64,000 nt of DNA, from contig JBLDXI010000004.1 in the NCBI GenBank assembly GCA_047495785.1, positions 310,001 to 374,000 of the forward strand, written 5' to 3'. The DNA is from Lepidodermella squamata. Its lineage: Eukaryota > Animalia > Gastrotricha. Made by a program: the position numbers and the translations under genes. Below are positions 1 through 11,989 of the stretch, in pieces (the first letter of the stretch is position 1; each line of letters begins with the position of its first letter). The notes under the pieces are model-generated. The model was not told the DNA's origin. It ran no database searches and was given only the letters and a program-made list of their open reading frames with translations.

Positions 1-3000
1 TTGGCTTTGTTGTCGTAGGTTATACGCGGAGGGAAAGGCGATTCGCCTTGGGCACATCCCACCTTTTTACCCCGGCAAGTCACGGCGCCATCCGAGGCGG
101 TGCAACGCAGATGAGGAAGCTGCGGATAAAAAAAAACAAAAATTGATCGCTTCTTTTCATTCCGCTGATATAAATCACTTTTTTCAAAATGAAGCAGTAC
201 AGCAAAATGAAGTAGGATCCCAGAAACTAACTGGGGCTTATATTAAAACCCGAATTGGTGTAGCAAAGCTACCCATTTCCCTTGGTACTTCATAAGTGAA
301 ACGAAACGACAGGCAATCATTATTCCAAATTCGATTGTCAATTTTTGAATTTTGAATTCCATCAGTGCGATACACATTCAAAAATATCGAAAAATAACTC
401 ACTATGTCAGCAGCACACGTGTAGAAGTCGTCGTAACTTTGGATAAAAGCTTTGCCGTCTTCCCCGAAAGAAAATGGACTTCTCTTGATTTCAAAGAAAC
501 GCATTCAGTTAGGAGCAAACGTATGACGAGAATCCTCTTACGCCTTCTGGGCAGTAACTGTTTTTCGGCACGCAGAGTAGCAAGTTGCCGGCGTCATTTT
601 CATCATCAACGCATTGATGGTATCGGCCCTAAGAAAAAAGGTTAAACATGACACGACAGCTTTTTCACTCATAATACAAACTTGAGTGGCGTTGAGGCAC
701 AGCATCAAGCTATCGCTCAGGCTGGTCGTGCGTGTTCCGAACGGTTGGAGCTGTTTGGGAAACAGAAACGATTATTCGCATTGAAATTTGATGAATGACT
801 CACGTCGTATTGGCCATCGCCGGTTGGACATTCCTCCCGGCATGATCCACCCTCAATAGTGTCCAAGCACATTCGAATAGGCTATGAATTATCAACGTAA
901 AAGAAGTCTTGAAACTCGATTTGGTACTCACTCCTTTTCCGCAATCGTCTTTTGTCGGGTAAATCGTCGCCCCAGCGGTCTGAATCGAATTTTCATTATG
1001 GCAATCGGTAATAAAGATTGTGTACTAACCTCGCCTGAATTGCACTGCGTTGGTGCTTTCACGCAGCCTGTAAATGAAGGCTTGGACCAGTCGAAACACC
1101 GGATATGCGGATACATTTCGGGCGGGGCTAGAAATAATACATTTCGATATTTTAAAAAGTGAATTTAAATTTATTTAATTTTTTTCCGCTATCAATTCGA
1201 AATTCCGCTGGAATCATTGAGGAAATGCCGGATGACCAACGGCGTTCCGATAACTTCCGATAATAATTTCCAATGGAAAAATGACAATAGGTGAAGTGCC
1301 AACAGTGTGCAAAGTAGGATCCGGGTGCTGACGCGTTTTCCAATTTTTTCTAGGACCCAGCCAAAGGGTCCCCTGTGGTTTTGTCAACCTTCCTCTGATT
1401 GCAGTCCCCGTACTTCCCCGTACTTCGCAGTCTAGCCTTGAACCTGAACCCTAACCAAACCCAAACGCCGACCCTAAATCCGAACCCTTACTACTAACCT
1501 CAACCTCCAACCCGCGTTCCCAACGTTTTCAGCAATTATTTTGGGCAAGAAACTAGTTATGGTAATTTCGCTGCTAAAGACTGGGTTGAACATGGGTAAC
1601 GTTGTTCAAATCCAATAACTAAAAAATATCGGGGAATACAGGCCTTCAGGGGCCGAAGGCGGACCTATCCTCGCCAAGCTCAGCAAAGTTGGACATACCG
1701 TTTAAGCAATCGTTGAGAGTGCTGAATGTCGCTCCAGCTACATTTCCATTCGAACACGACGCGTTACTCGAAGCCGGTTTACATTCGACAAGAGAAAAAG
1801 TTGTGGAATCGACGCATAAAACGTGAGGTTGCTGATAGAAACGATGATTCAACTCGCAAGAATAGTAAAATCGTGGAGTTAATTAACAAACCAGGCTTGT
1901 TAAACAGTCGGCGTAGTTTCCGCCAAAATCAGTCGAAGCTCTGAAGGTTGAAACCTAGAAGATGAAAAACATGGATTCAATCTAGATTGGATGAGATAGA
2001 AAAATTTTCTCAGTCATAAAATTGGTCTAAAATTGATGGTAGCACGCGATCGAAAAAAAATGCATAAAAAAAATCTACGGCAAATTATATTAAAAGGAGC
2101 GTTATCGAAAATTAAATTCTTGAAAGAATTTCGAAAATTACCAACCAAAGTGAGAGGCGACGGGCAAGAATTTCGGCAAACGGGACCATTGGAAGACGAA
2201 CACAGCGCAGCTGGCTACGAATTTGAAAAAATCAGACATCTCGTTGGAAGTAATCTTTTAGTTTGCTCACGCCAGCAACACAATAAGCCTTGTTCATGAA
2301 TGAACCACTGTTATATTCCTATGAAAAGCAATAATCAGAATGTCAGGATTATTGACAAATATGAAGAAAAAGGCACCTGTGTCAGGTTGGCGTCAGTGCA
2401 CGGCGTAGATCGACAGCCAACAAAAGCTCGATTGCTTTTGGCGAAGCACCGGTAATTAGTCACGAAATCAGCAGTGTTGCGAACGACTTGAAAAATGTCA
2501 ATTAAATGTCAATACGTTTCAGATGCTGTAGAGAACTAACCTCGTGTAGAATCCAAGCAAGCTTGCATCGTCGCAAAAGCAGTGATCAAGGTCTGAAATT
2601 AGGTGAGCAGATTTAGGAGCAGCAGATTTAGGTGCAGTGAGCCAACAGCATAAGCCAAAAGCCATATTTTTTTGCAAAACAACACCCCTATCTCGATGAA
2701 ATTGAAATGTGTAGAAATATACATTATTAGGTTCTATGCCAATTGAGCAAACGAAAATTGAGCAACGAAAATTGAGCAAGGGCTTTTGAGCAACTAATCT
2801 CGTTTTGCTCTAAAGTCGTTTTGCTCTAATTTCGTTTGCTCTAATATCGTTGCTCAAAAGCCCTTGCTCAATTTTCGTTGCTCAATTTTCGTTTGCTCAA
2901 TTGGCATAGAACCCATTATTAATATCTGATAACGTAATTTGAGGATATTTTTTGTAAATTCTGAAGTTTCAAAATTTCAAAATTCTACCATTTCAAAATT

Positions 3001-3868
3001 TTAGAAATTTCAAAAATTTTAAATCCTACAATTTCTTAATCTCTGAAATTTCAATCAATTTCAAAATCTTTAAAATCCTTAAATTTCTGAACTTTTAAAC
3101 TCCAGCTATTTCAACATTTTTGAATTTGTAAAATCTTATCATTTCAAATTTTTTAAAATTTCAAAATCCTAAAATTTTGAAATTTAAAATTGAATTTAAA
3201 ATTTTAAAATTTTAAATTGTCAATTTACCCCGCCAGTCGGGCATGAGCTGCCTGGAATGCAGATTTGCTGAGCGTTGACGCTGCAGAGCGTTACTGGGCT
3301 GCTCTGTGATATCAAAACCACATGAGAAGAATCGAAACAACACTGGTCAATAGCGAACCATGAATCGCCTGATGACGGAACGGCATTCGTCGTACTTGGT
3401 TGCGAAATTCGTACCGATGTATTCCGCGTTCTAGTTAGAGAACATATTTTTGCGGCCGAAAATTATGAGGCATTCGAACAACTTCTTACCTGAAATTCAT
3501 CGGTACTTGAACAGCCCAAGTTGCGGGGTATGCACCGCATGTCGATTGTCTTGAAATTGAAACAGCTTCGAGCCGACTATTGAATTCGATACTGAACCTT
3601 CCTCCTAAAAGCTTGGGTAAAATAGACCTACCCCTTCTGTACAGGCAGTGAGACTTGTCAACGCAGTTCCCAACTGAAATTAAAACTAAGGGGTAACATA
3701 ATATGGAAAATTTTACCAGAATTTTACCTGGGTCTCCTCCAAGAACGAGCATGATTCTTTGCAGCCAATGAAAGAGTCGTTGAAGCGTGAGAAACAGCGC
3801 TTGTAAGTCGCTGCTTGTGAAATTGGCTCCAAATTGAGAAAAAAGATGACAGCCAGTAGAAACTTCAT
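1..3868 (-). CDS. Family gene A: secreted protein with at least 10 four-Cys repeats; runs off the left edge, CTLD presumably outside the window
   Basis: ATG at 3868; exon 1 (3868-3728) MKFLLAVIFFLNLEPISQAATYKRCFSRFNDSFIGCKESCSFLEETQ, then GT-AG micro-exons LGTALTSLTACTEG, SARSCFNFKTIDMRCIPRNLGCSSTDEFQ, VRNTADFVTNYRCFAKSNRAFVGCRSTPC, YPHIRCFDWSKPSFTGCVKAPTQC, PIRMCLDTIEGGSCREECPTG, and LPHLRCTASDGAVTCRG at the edge. Exon-for-exon homology to genes F/G. Confidence 0.82.
2730..2913. mobile_element. Palindromic MITE, Merlin-like (GG termini, 8-bp TSD), in a gene A intron
   Basis: TIR GGTTCTATGCCAATTGAGCAAACGAAAATTGAGCAAC...; direct repeat CATTATTA at 2722-2729 and 2914-2921. Confidence 0.8.
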
Positions 3869-4082
3869 TTCAACGTATTTTAACAAGAACAACTGCTTTT
3901 AGAAATAAATCTTTTCAATTAAAATATTATAAAAAAATTCTGGCTACGTTCGGGCTGATCGCGTGCTTAGTTGAATTGGCAAGAAAACATGTTTACTTCT
4001 AAAATTTGTAAAAAAGACTTGAGTCACGAATGAGTGAATGAATGAATGAAAATAACCCAAAAAAACAGAATTTCTCAAATCA

Positions 4083-5657
4083 TCAGTGTTCTTTATTTTT
4101 CGAACCGAGTAACAACAATGCTTCGTACATCTCAATACGGCGATGCCTCTTCGCCAAATCAAAGCCTGATTCGCCATTTTTATCTAAGTCATTCAAAGCT
4201 GCGCCGTATTTTACCAATAAATCAGCAGTTTTAAGATTTCCAATTGTTGAAGCATGAAGTAGAGGTGTTCGGCTGCTTTGGTCCCGAGCCGATAAATCAG
4301 CCCCGTGATCGAGTAGTTTAGCCACAAGCTTGGCATCGCCACTCCTCGAGGCTAAGCTGAGAGCGGTTTCGCGTTCTTTAAAGCTTTGTAGACCAATCTT
4401 AGCGGTTCCGTTTCGAAGCAAGGCGTCGACGATTTCGTGGTGGGAATATGAAGCCGCGTACATCAGAGCTGTTTTCCCAGAATCGTCAGTTGCATTGACA
4501 TCGGCGCCGTGTTTGATTAGCAATACGGTTAGATCAACATGATTTTTCTGGAAAATCGAAGCTTTAACATACACCGATGCTATAGATTTCCTCATTGCTC
4601 TTTTGAAATCAAAGATGAAAAATTTTGATTTTACCCTAGAAATCTGATGGCCCGTAACATTTTGAGCTAGTGGGCAATGAATATGCAAATTTGAAAAATG
4701 AATTAGAAAATGTTTCTATTGTTGGGCAGAGAAACTCTGAACAAAATAACCAGGTGCGGTCTTTGATTCTGGAGCTGCCGGGGATGGAAAAAAAATGTTT
4801 GCTGTATTTGCCGAAATGACTGGGAAACGAGCGAAGCTAAGAAATTCGATAGATTTGTCACTAAAACACGCCTCAAAAGTTCTCAAAATAGACGAAACAA
4901 CGGGCTAAATTTTCATTTTCTGGCCCGGTCTGGCTGAGCTTTTCCTGGCCCCTGAAATTCGAACTCTGAAAATAACAAATGTTTCCATTTTTATCTAATT
5001 TTTGAAGATGGAATAAGCCAATCAGCTGGAGGTTGTTTCATAAAATTTTACGCTTTCTAAAAAATTCCAGCGCCTTTTAATTATCCAAGCTTCGCGAGTG
5101 AAGAAGAATAAATTTTTCATACCATGGCTGCGTGAATCAATGCTGTTTTCCCAGTGTTATCAGCCAGGTTTACATTTGCGGGTCGGAAAATTCTAAGCGG
5201 AACATTGCATTCGCGCCTGGTTGATTGAACCCGAATTCTTAGCTCCAGCAGCATTCTCGCTATGCTCAACAGTCCCAAATTTGCCGCGTTCATAAGAGGC
5301 GTTCTGCCATTTTTATCAGCCACATTGACTTGAACAGCGTCACGCCATCGTTTCGATGCGAAAATCATTGCTACGGCGCTTTCTCGGCGATTTTTCACCG
5401 CTTCGATGAGAGGAATATTGCCATCGAAATCGGCGTAATTCAGATCAGCATCTGGGTCATTTAGCATAACTTCGATATCCACAGGCGTTCCGGTTAAAAT
5501 TGAGGCGAGCAAAGCCTCCTGCTTCAATTTTTTCCACTACAAAAATCCGGGTTGGTGAATGATACCTTGTTAGTTAGATAAGTATTATTCTCACCCTAGC
5601 CGCGGCCAGCTCCTCATCCTCTTCATCTTTAATAGATGGGCTCTCTAAGTTTGACAT
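4083..5657 (-). CDS. Ankyrin-repeat protein, 3 exons
   Basis: MSNLESPSIKDEEDEELAAAR (5657-5595) | WKKLKQEALL...GKTALIHAAM (~5536-5123) | KNHVDLTVLLIKHGADVN...stop 4083. Multiple GxTALxxAA/GADVN ankyrin motifs; phase-0 GT-AG junctions. Confidence 0.85.
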
Positions 5658-6001
5658 TTATGAGACTTAAACTGGTGGAATTTCTAAAACTGTTCTATAT
5701 CTCTGCGATGAATGGAATGGGCTCCTAAAAAACTGACTTTTATTCACGTTGATTGCTATTAGCTAGATTAATAGTTAATAAATAGATGAATGGAATTAAC
5801 TAAAATGGCCCTTTGAGCTGACGAAAAAATGAGTTTGATCAAAAGGCATTTTGGCTCCGTTTTATTGATGTGTACCTTTCTAAAGCCATTCTAGATATTT
5901 CAAAAGCAAAACCTGTCAGAACGAGTGAAAATGAATAACAACTGATAATGGGCGAGCCCGCAACAGTGCGCGAAGCGCGAATTAGGGTCATCGAACTAGG
6001 G

Positions 6002-6248
6002 CAGTGTGCAGCGAGGATGGGGAAGTTGATCGCCCCAGCTCAGCTCGACTGGGCCAGACAACAAAATGAGAATTTATCCCACTGTTTCGTTAATCTTGAT
6101 AGGTTTTGGAGCTTGTTTTTGTGGAAAATCTCCAACATTTTCGTTCGATTTTTAGTTAAAATTTCGCAAAAATTGCTGTAATTTTGGCAAAAACAGCAAA
6201 CTAATATTTCCCATCTCTAGCAGCTCAGGGATCCAGGATCGCACCCTG
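6002..6248. mobile_element. hAT-like MITE nested in a related dispersed repeat (~5964-6370)
   Basis: Ends CAGTGTGC...GCACCCTG; flanks AACTAGGG / AACTAGAG (7/8 match). An uninterrupted copy of the host repeat is at ~54901. Confidence 0.65.
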
Positions 6249-6588
6249 AACTAGAGGCTATTTTTGGGGCCACAAAGGGTTTCCCCTGTGGTTTTTATTA
6301 CGGTTTTCCAACTTGGCCATTCGAACTGGGGGAACGATACCCCTCATTCCTCCCAGTACTTCTTGCAATGGTCCGCAAAATGCGTGTTCAGGTGCTTGGT
6401 TTGTCAAATTTTCAGCTTTAAATGTTTGATCGATCAGAATACAGGATAATGGTAAGACTTTCAAAAAGTGTAACGCGAACTCTGTTTAATCACGTGAAAC
6501 GCGAGCGCACGTGCTTGTCATCACGTAAACGTTATTCTGGCTCGTAATTTTTCATTTTTACAAAAAATTAATTCCTAAAAAATAACAC

Positions 6589-8714
6589 ATGGCTGATTTA
6601 AAAGTTTACTTATCTTTGATTTTATTTTCTGTTCTGCTGACCTTGGCTCATGGACAAACGTGGCAGCGATGTTTTTCTCTTGCGAACAACAAATTTCAAC
6701 AATGCCGTCGCGTATCAAAGGGTTGCGATCCATTAACGCAATTCACGGTAACAATAATTAGCTGTAATTCAACATAGGAATTTTGGCGATAATTTGCTTA
6801 GACTGGGCCAAAGCTAAACACATCTGTACAGTGCTCTCAAGAGGTAAGTGATTAGTCTATTTATTGATGTTTCAAAATATGTCGGTGATTTTTTCAATAG
6901 AAAGCCTCGCTTTGCTACAAATTCAAGACTCTAACAACAATTTGCCGGGTTGGCCGCCAATGTATTGGGAATGAAATTTTGGTAATAATTTTTTTCGATT
7001 GCAAACTCGATTAATTATTTCATTGATATTGACATCAGGTTAAGATTTTCCAATCGAAATACCTATTGCGTGAAAATCTCGCCGATTGCGACGCGGCAGC
7101 ATTAAGTTTTGAGGCACGTTTGCCAAAATAATTTTTTTCCAACAGCATTATTGTCTTTATTTAAATTTTAAGAATCAGCCATTCAAACCGTGCTACAAAA
7201 ATTCAACCGTGCTGCTGGATACATGTGTCCCAAGAAATTTCTCGTGCCCAGCAAGAACGGTAGCAATTAATTAAATTTGAATCGAAATTTGTGAGAACTA
7301 AATCTTGTTGCTAGGTCGAAGGTCCGTGGAAAAGCAATCTTTCGCGATGCTTGAATGGTCGACGTTAGTTCAATCGGTTTCATATGAGCAATCATTTCCA
7401 GCCTCTGTGATACAGTTTCGGTGCCTGACAATGAAAAGCCGCAGATTCGGTGTTTCGATGTGAAAACGCGTGACTTCATTGCTTGCCATTTAGCCACTAC
7501 GGGTTGCCGAGCTTCAGAAACAACAAAATATTCAGGCGGTCAATTTATCAATAAATTGGTATGCATGAGAGGGGTTAGTCTTCGAAATTTTTACATATTA
7601 TTTTGAACGAATTTTCTCTGATTCTGAATTTACTTAGAATGCTGTCAAGTGTGCAGCATCGGGAGGCCTAAGCTGCTCCAATGTTTGCCCAGTCGCTTCA
7701 CGGCAGGTTAGCTAATTTCAAATCTTCAATTAATTTCACATACCACCATTTTTCCAGGGCAATCCTTACAACGAATCTTCGCAGTTCGCCTTTAATTATG
7801 CCAGCTGCTTGAATGATCTCTCTGAAGTAGGTTTTTCATGATTTTAGTGAGAGATCGCTACTGTCGGGTTGAATGTAACAGGTAATGTGTTCAAAAATGT
7901 CGATAGAAATTTATCAGAAAAATTCAGAACTCAGAATTCAAAATCAGAAAATCTTACGCCGGTACCATATTTCCTTTCATTCCATACCTAATCATTTTAT
8001 TCGTTATTTTACCAGTTTGGGTTAGGTTAGGGTTGGGTTAGGGTTGAAGGCTGGGTTTTAAAATTTGAGATTTGGTACTGATTGGAATAATCTGGAACTG
8101 AATTGAATAATTTGGCAATGATTTCATAGTATCCCAAAATTGAATCTCTTGTTACATTTTTCACGTATATTTCATTTTTTCGTTTTTTTGTAAAAACATA
8201 GCTCTTGGGGTTCGTAAGATGCCAATCATCGACTGGCAACTATACCTGCCGTCTTCGCTCACCCGGTTGCTCAGCTAACGAAGCTCAGAATCCGGCTAAT
8301 CACACCTTCGCGACTCAATGGGCATGTGACAACGTCGTGAAAACTATTCAACTTCACGTTGCTCAGCTCGACTGGTCTGCGGGCGAAGCCTACTGCGCAT
8401 CTATTTCGAAGCGAATGGCTACGATCAAAACCGATGATGATTCGTTGGTGATTGAACAGCTGTTGAGGAATGCTAGCACCACAGCAGCTTGGGTTGGGTT
8501 GAAGCTAGACAGGAGCACTGGCGAATGGCGCTGGAGCGATGGCACAGTCAATGAACCCCCATTTCGCAATCAACCATCCATCGAGGAGAACGGGTCCGTT
8601 GAATTTTGCGGCAGGAATTTTCTTGCGAATTCGAGAATGATTCTTGCGGCTGCGGATTGTAAACGAAACCAGGCTGGTGTGCTTTGCGAAGGGTTTTCTG
8701 CCGCATCAAGATGA
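6589..8714 (+). CDS. Family gene B: signal peptide, 6 four-Cys repeats, CTLD (10 exons)
   Basis: MADLKVYLSLILFSVLLTLAHG signal; exons RCFSLANNKFQQC..GC, TGPKLNTSVQC, KASLCYKFKT, NQPFKPCYK, KPQIRCFDVK, NAVKCAASGG; last exon has CTLD motifs WSAGEAYC, AWVGL, WRWSDG, VLCE; AATAAA downstream. One intron needs a GC donor at 7114. Confidence 0.85.
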
Positions 8715-9097
8715 ACATTACGTTAAGCCGTGAGAGCTTTTTGAATGATCTATTTTAGAGGAATCCGAGAAACTTGAAAATAAAATTGATATTATTGGCG
8801 CTTTTTAATCGTCACCAGAGCCAACACCCATAAAACTGAGACATAATAAACCAGCGAATTAGCCAGAAATCACCCGCAATATTGGAATAACTGGCACCGT
8901 AATTTTCAAGTTTCAGCGTTTTGCCAGAAGTGACTTAAACAGGACGTGCTGTTTATTAATATTTTTGAATGAGTGGGAATTACGAGATTCAGCGTGCCAT
9001 GCTCGAATGTGTTACAAATATAGTGCTCTAACTAGATGATATTACATTTTACAGTTTACAATCGAATTTATATGATATTACAAAATTCGCCTTTCAG

Positions 9098-9318
9098 ACG
9101 TTCAGGTTCAACGATCAGCGTGCGACGTTGAGCTTTGGATCCAACCTAAACGAATGTGAGAAGCATCGAGCTTCTTTAGACGTAAGACGTGAACTACTGT
9201 CTTGGTGACTTATGTTTGTTTTTTAGGCGCACATCAGGAATTGCAATTTCAGCGCTGCATTTCCTACGGCGCCATCCAAACATGCGTTCCGAATTCTTTC
9301 TCGTGTCCTAACAACTGA
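9098..9318 (+). pseudogene. Two orphan exons of a gene C/D-type paralog
   Basis: TFRFNDQRATLSFGSNLNECEKHRASLD and ...FQRCISYGAIQTCVPNSFSCPNN*, with TGA where paralogs have TGG. No flanking exons found. Confidence 0.75.
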
Positions 9319-10306
9319 GTTAGTTATGATATTTGTATTCAGAACTGGGAATATCTAATGCCGGTACCAAATTTCCTTTAATTCAATACCTAACGTTATT
9401 CGTTTTCTAACTGGTTATGGTTATGGCTATGGTTAGGGTTAGAGTTGAAGACTAGGTCTCAATATTGGGGATTTGACTGATTGAACTGAATTCAATGATT
9501 TTTGGTACTGAATTGAATAATTTCACCACCTAACAGATCTTGTGTGCGGTAAACTTTGCTGAAATTCTCATTAGAATCCAATGCGAGCAGAAAAACTGGT
9601 GATAAATTGCTTCATGCGATTATTGCAAAAACTTCACATTTTGGAAAAATAGCAATTTTCAATTTTCAAGTTCTGGGGTTGGATGGCACCATCCTCTTGT
9701 AAAGGCTTTATCGGGTAATTTTTCTGACAGGGAATTAGGTCAATAATCCATAAGTTCGACGTGGAAGCCACAGAAAAGATCTTAATCCCCAAACGCAAGT
9801 CGTTATGGCTTTTTAAACTTTTTGGGAAATCTGTGCCAAATTGGCGAAGCTGCCGATTTCAGCAAGGCGGATCAATTCTTTTTAGAAATCGGTGGTTCGG
9901 ATCCATCTAGGGCCATCGGAAAGTCACTTGAATCCTCTGGCAAGAACAATGAACAGCTCATGGTGGAATATTGAATGGAAAATAGCAATTTCGAAAATGA
10001 AAATTCTTTGCGAAAATCGCATGGAGCATTTTTTCCACCAGTGCTTCTGTATTCAACATAATTTCTTACGTCTGAATTCATTTTTTTGAAACAGGTTTAT
10101 TTACCTGATATTCTAAATATATTCTGAGTATAGCCAAGATGCTCCTTGAATATTCTGTATCTTATCAATACTACAAACTGACAAAAAACACGAATAAAAA
10201 CTTGTACGAATAATACGCCTGCCTTAAGAAAGCTGCACGTTCATGCGCACACGGCGCAGGTTTTATCAAGCCGTTGTTGGCAGCTGTATCTCAGCATTAA
10301 CAAAAA

Positions 10307-11795
10307 ATGCGCCACCTAATAGTTTTGATTATCGCCGAGCTTACGCTAGTATCCGGAGTAGTCGTTGCTCAAGATAACGCGATCGGATGTGGTACTGTGA
10401 GCCCTACTGCATTGGCAAAATCGCGTGGCCCAGGCAGTCAACCAGCAGGAGTGCATGAGTTTCCGTGGCTGGTTTGCTCTGATCTAATAAAAATTCAATT
10501 AAAAACAGGATGTTTGTTTTCCAAGGTTTTCCTTGAGATCAACTACAGCGGCGAAACGTCACCGTCTTACTGCGGAGCTTCCCTCATCTCGAGGCAATGG
10601 CTGATAACAGCTGCCCATTGCGTTTCGAATGACGGCGAGGCTCCAATTTCGTTCGTGCTTCATTGAATTCGCCAGTTCGATAGTCTTGTTTTTGTTTGCT
10701 CAGGATCACAGCCAAGCTAGGCCGCCATAATATCAGTGCTGTTTCAGAAGCTGGTTCTTACGAATCAGATGTATCGCTGCCTCCTTTAATTCATCCACGG
10801 CACAACGGCAGTCAGAATTTCTACGACTTTGATTTCGCTCTTCTACAACTTACGAGCCCAGTTCCTAGATTCTCTCAGCAGATTAAACCGATTTGTTTAC
10901 CCGACGAAAGGACCATGTTTCGAACCAACTCTTTGACCGCAAATTCGATCGACGGATGCGATTCAGCGGTTGCCGTTGGCTGGGGTTACTTTGCCCGCAG
11001 TTTGTTGTTTCACTTTACTCTGAAGGGGCCTGAGCGCTTGCATATATTTCAGCCAGACTGTCTGAGATTCCGAGGAAGCTCGATCTCCAGGTTCGATCTT
11101 ACCGTAACTGCTCGCTGGAATATTCCCGCGGCCGACCTGATCCAGTCACAATCACAGACTCGAAGATGTGTTTAGCCGCCGATGGCAGTGACGTTTGCTA
11201 TGGCGATTCTGGGGGCCCTCTTATGTGCTTGAAATCGAGGCAGATTTACCTGCTTGGCATAATTTCGAATGGCGATGGATTTTGCAGCGGATACATTCCT
11301 GGAATTTACAGCAGGGTCTGTAAGGTTCTCGATTGGATTTTGGACAACATAGATGTACGCAGCCAGACGAGTACTGCGGAGCAGTTTTGCCCCGTGCCTA
11401 TCATACCCGCAGGATTTGTGACGCGGGTGGACCCGGAAACGTCGGAAGATACCGGCGAAGTTCTGAGGCCTGGAACTCCTGTGGCAAGAGGGTCGGCTGT
11501 TGGCGTGAAATGCAACCCTGGTTATGCCTATTCGTCCTCTGTCTCGATTGCTTCGTGTTTTCCTCCATTTCGACCGGCGATAAACGGAAGGTGCAACCCC
11601 TCAAGTAATGAAGTTTGTGGATCCCCTCCCGTGATACAGAACGGCAACGTATCCCCTGGCCTATCAAGCGTCGGAGCTACTCGATCTATTTCATGCAGCC
11701 CGAATTTTGAGCTCCGAGGAAATGCTGCCGTAACGTGCCTTTCCAACTTAGCTTGGTCCCAACCTGGTTCTTGCGTCTCGAGGCAGCGAAGACCT
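10307..11795 (+). CDS. Secreted trypsin-like (S1A) serine protease with two C-terminal sushi/CCP domains
   Basis: Signal peptide; exons 10307-10471, 10526-10650, 10704-10999, 11053-11795 splice in frame. TAAHC, DFDFALL and GDSGGP give the catalytic triad; DVCYGDS indicates Asp in the S1 pocket. CCP motifs CNPGY and CGSPPVIQNG..CSPNFELRG..W..C. Confidence 0.9.
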
Positions 11796-11989
11796 GTAAG
11801 TTATCTGTTTTAATCTAAGATCCAGCAAAGTTAAACTTCCACCTAGAGTGAGAGCCTCAGAACCCTTACCTTTCATCTAAATTTGACTTTTTTTAATTTA
11901 TTTTAGAAGTAGAACTTTCAGGGGTCGGAGGAAACCGTGGTGGATCCGTGAATATGCATCTTTCTATCCAGGAATCTTTTTTCATCTAG

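Noticed and set aside
2950-3220. AT-rich AAAATTTT tract as a functional element
   Set aside because: Low-complexity intronic sequence with no defined unit or termini.
8016-8060. TTAGGG-like tracts (also ~1440-1510 and ~9415-9450) as telomere or interstitial telomere
   Set aside because: Short, degenerate and embedded in a dispersed repeat; 7960-8115 is similar to 9360-9525.
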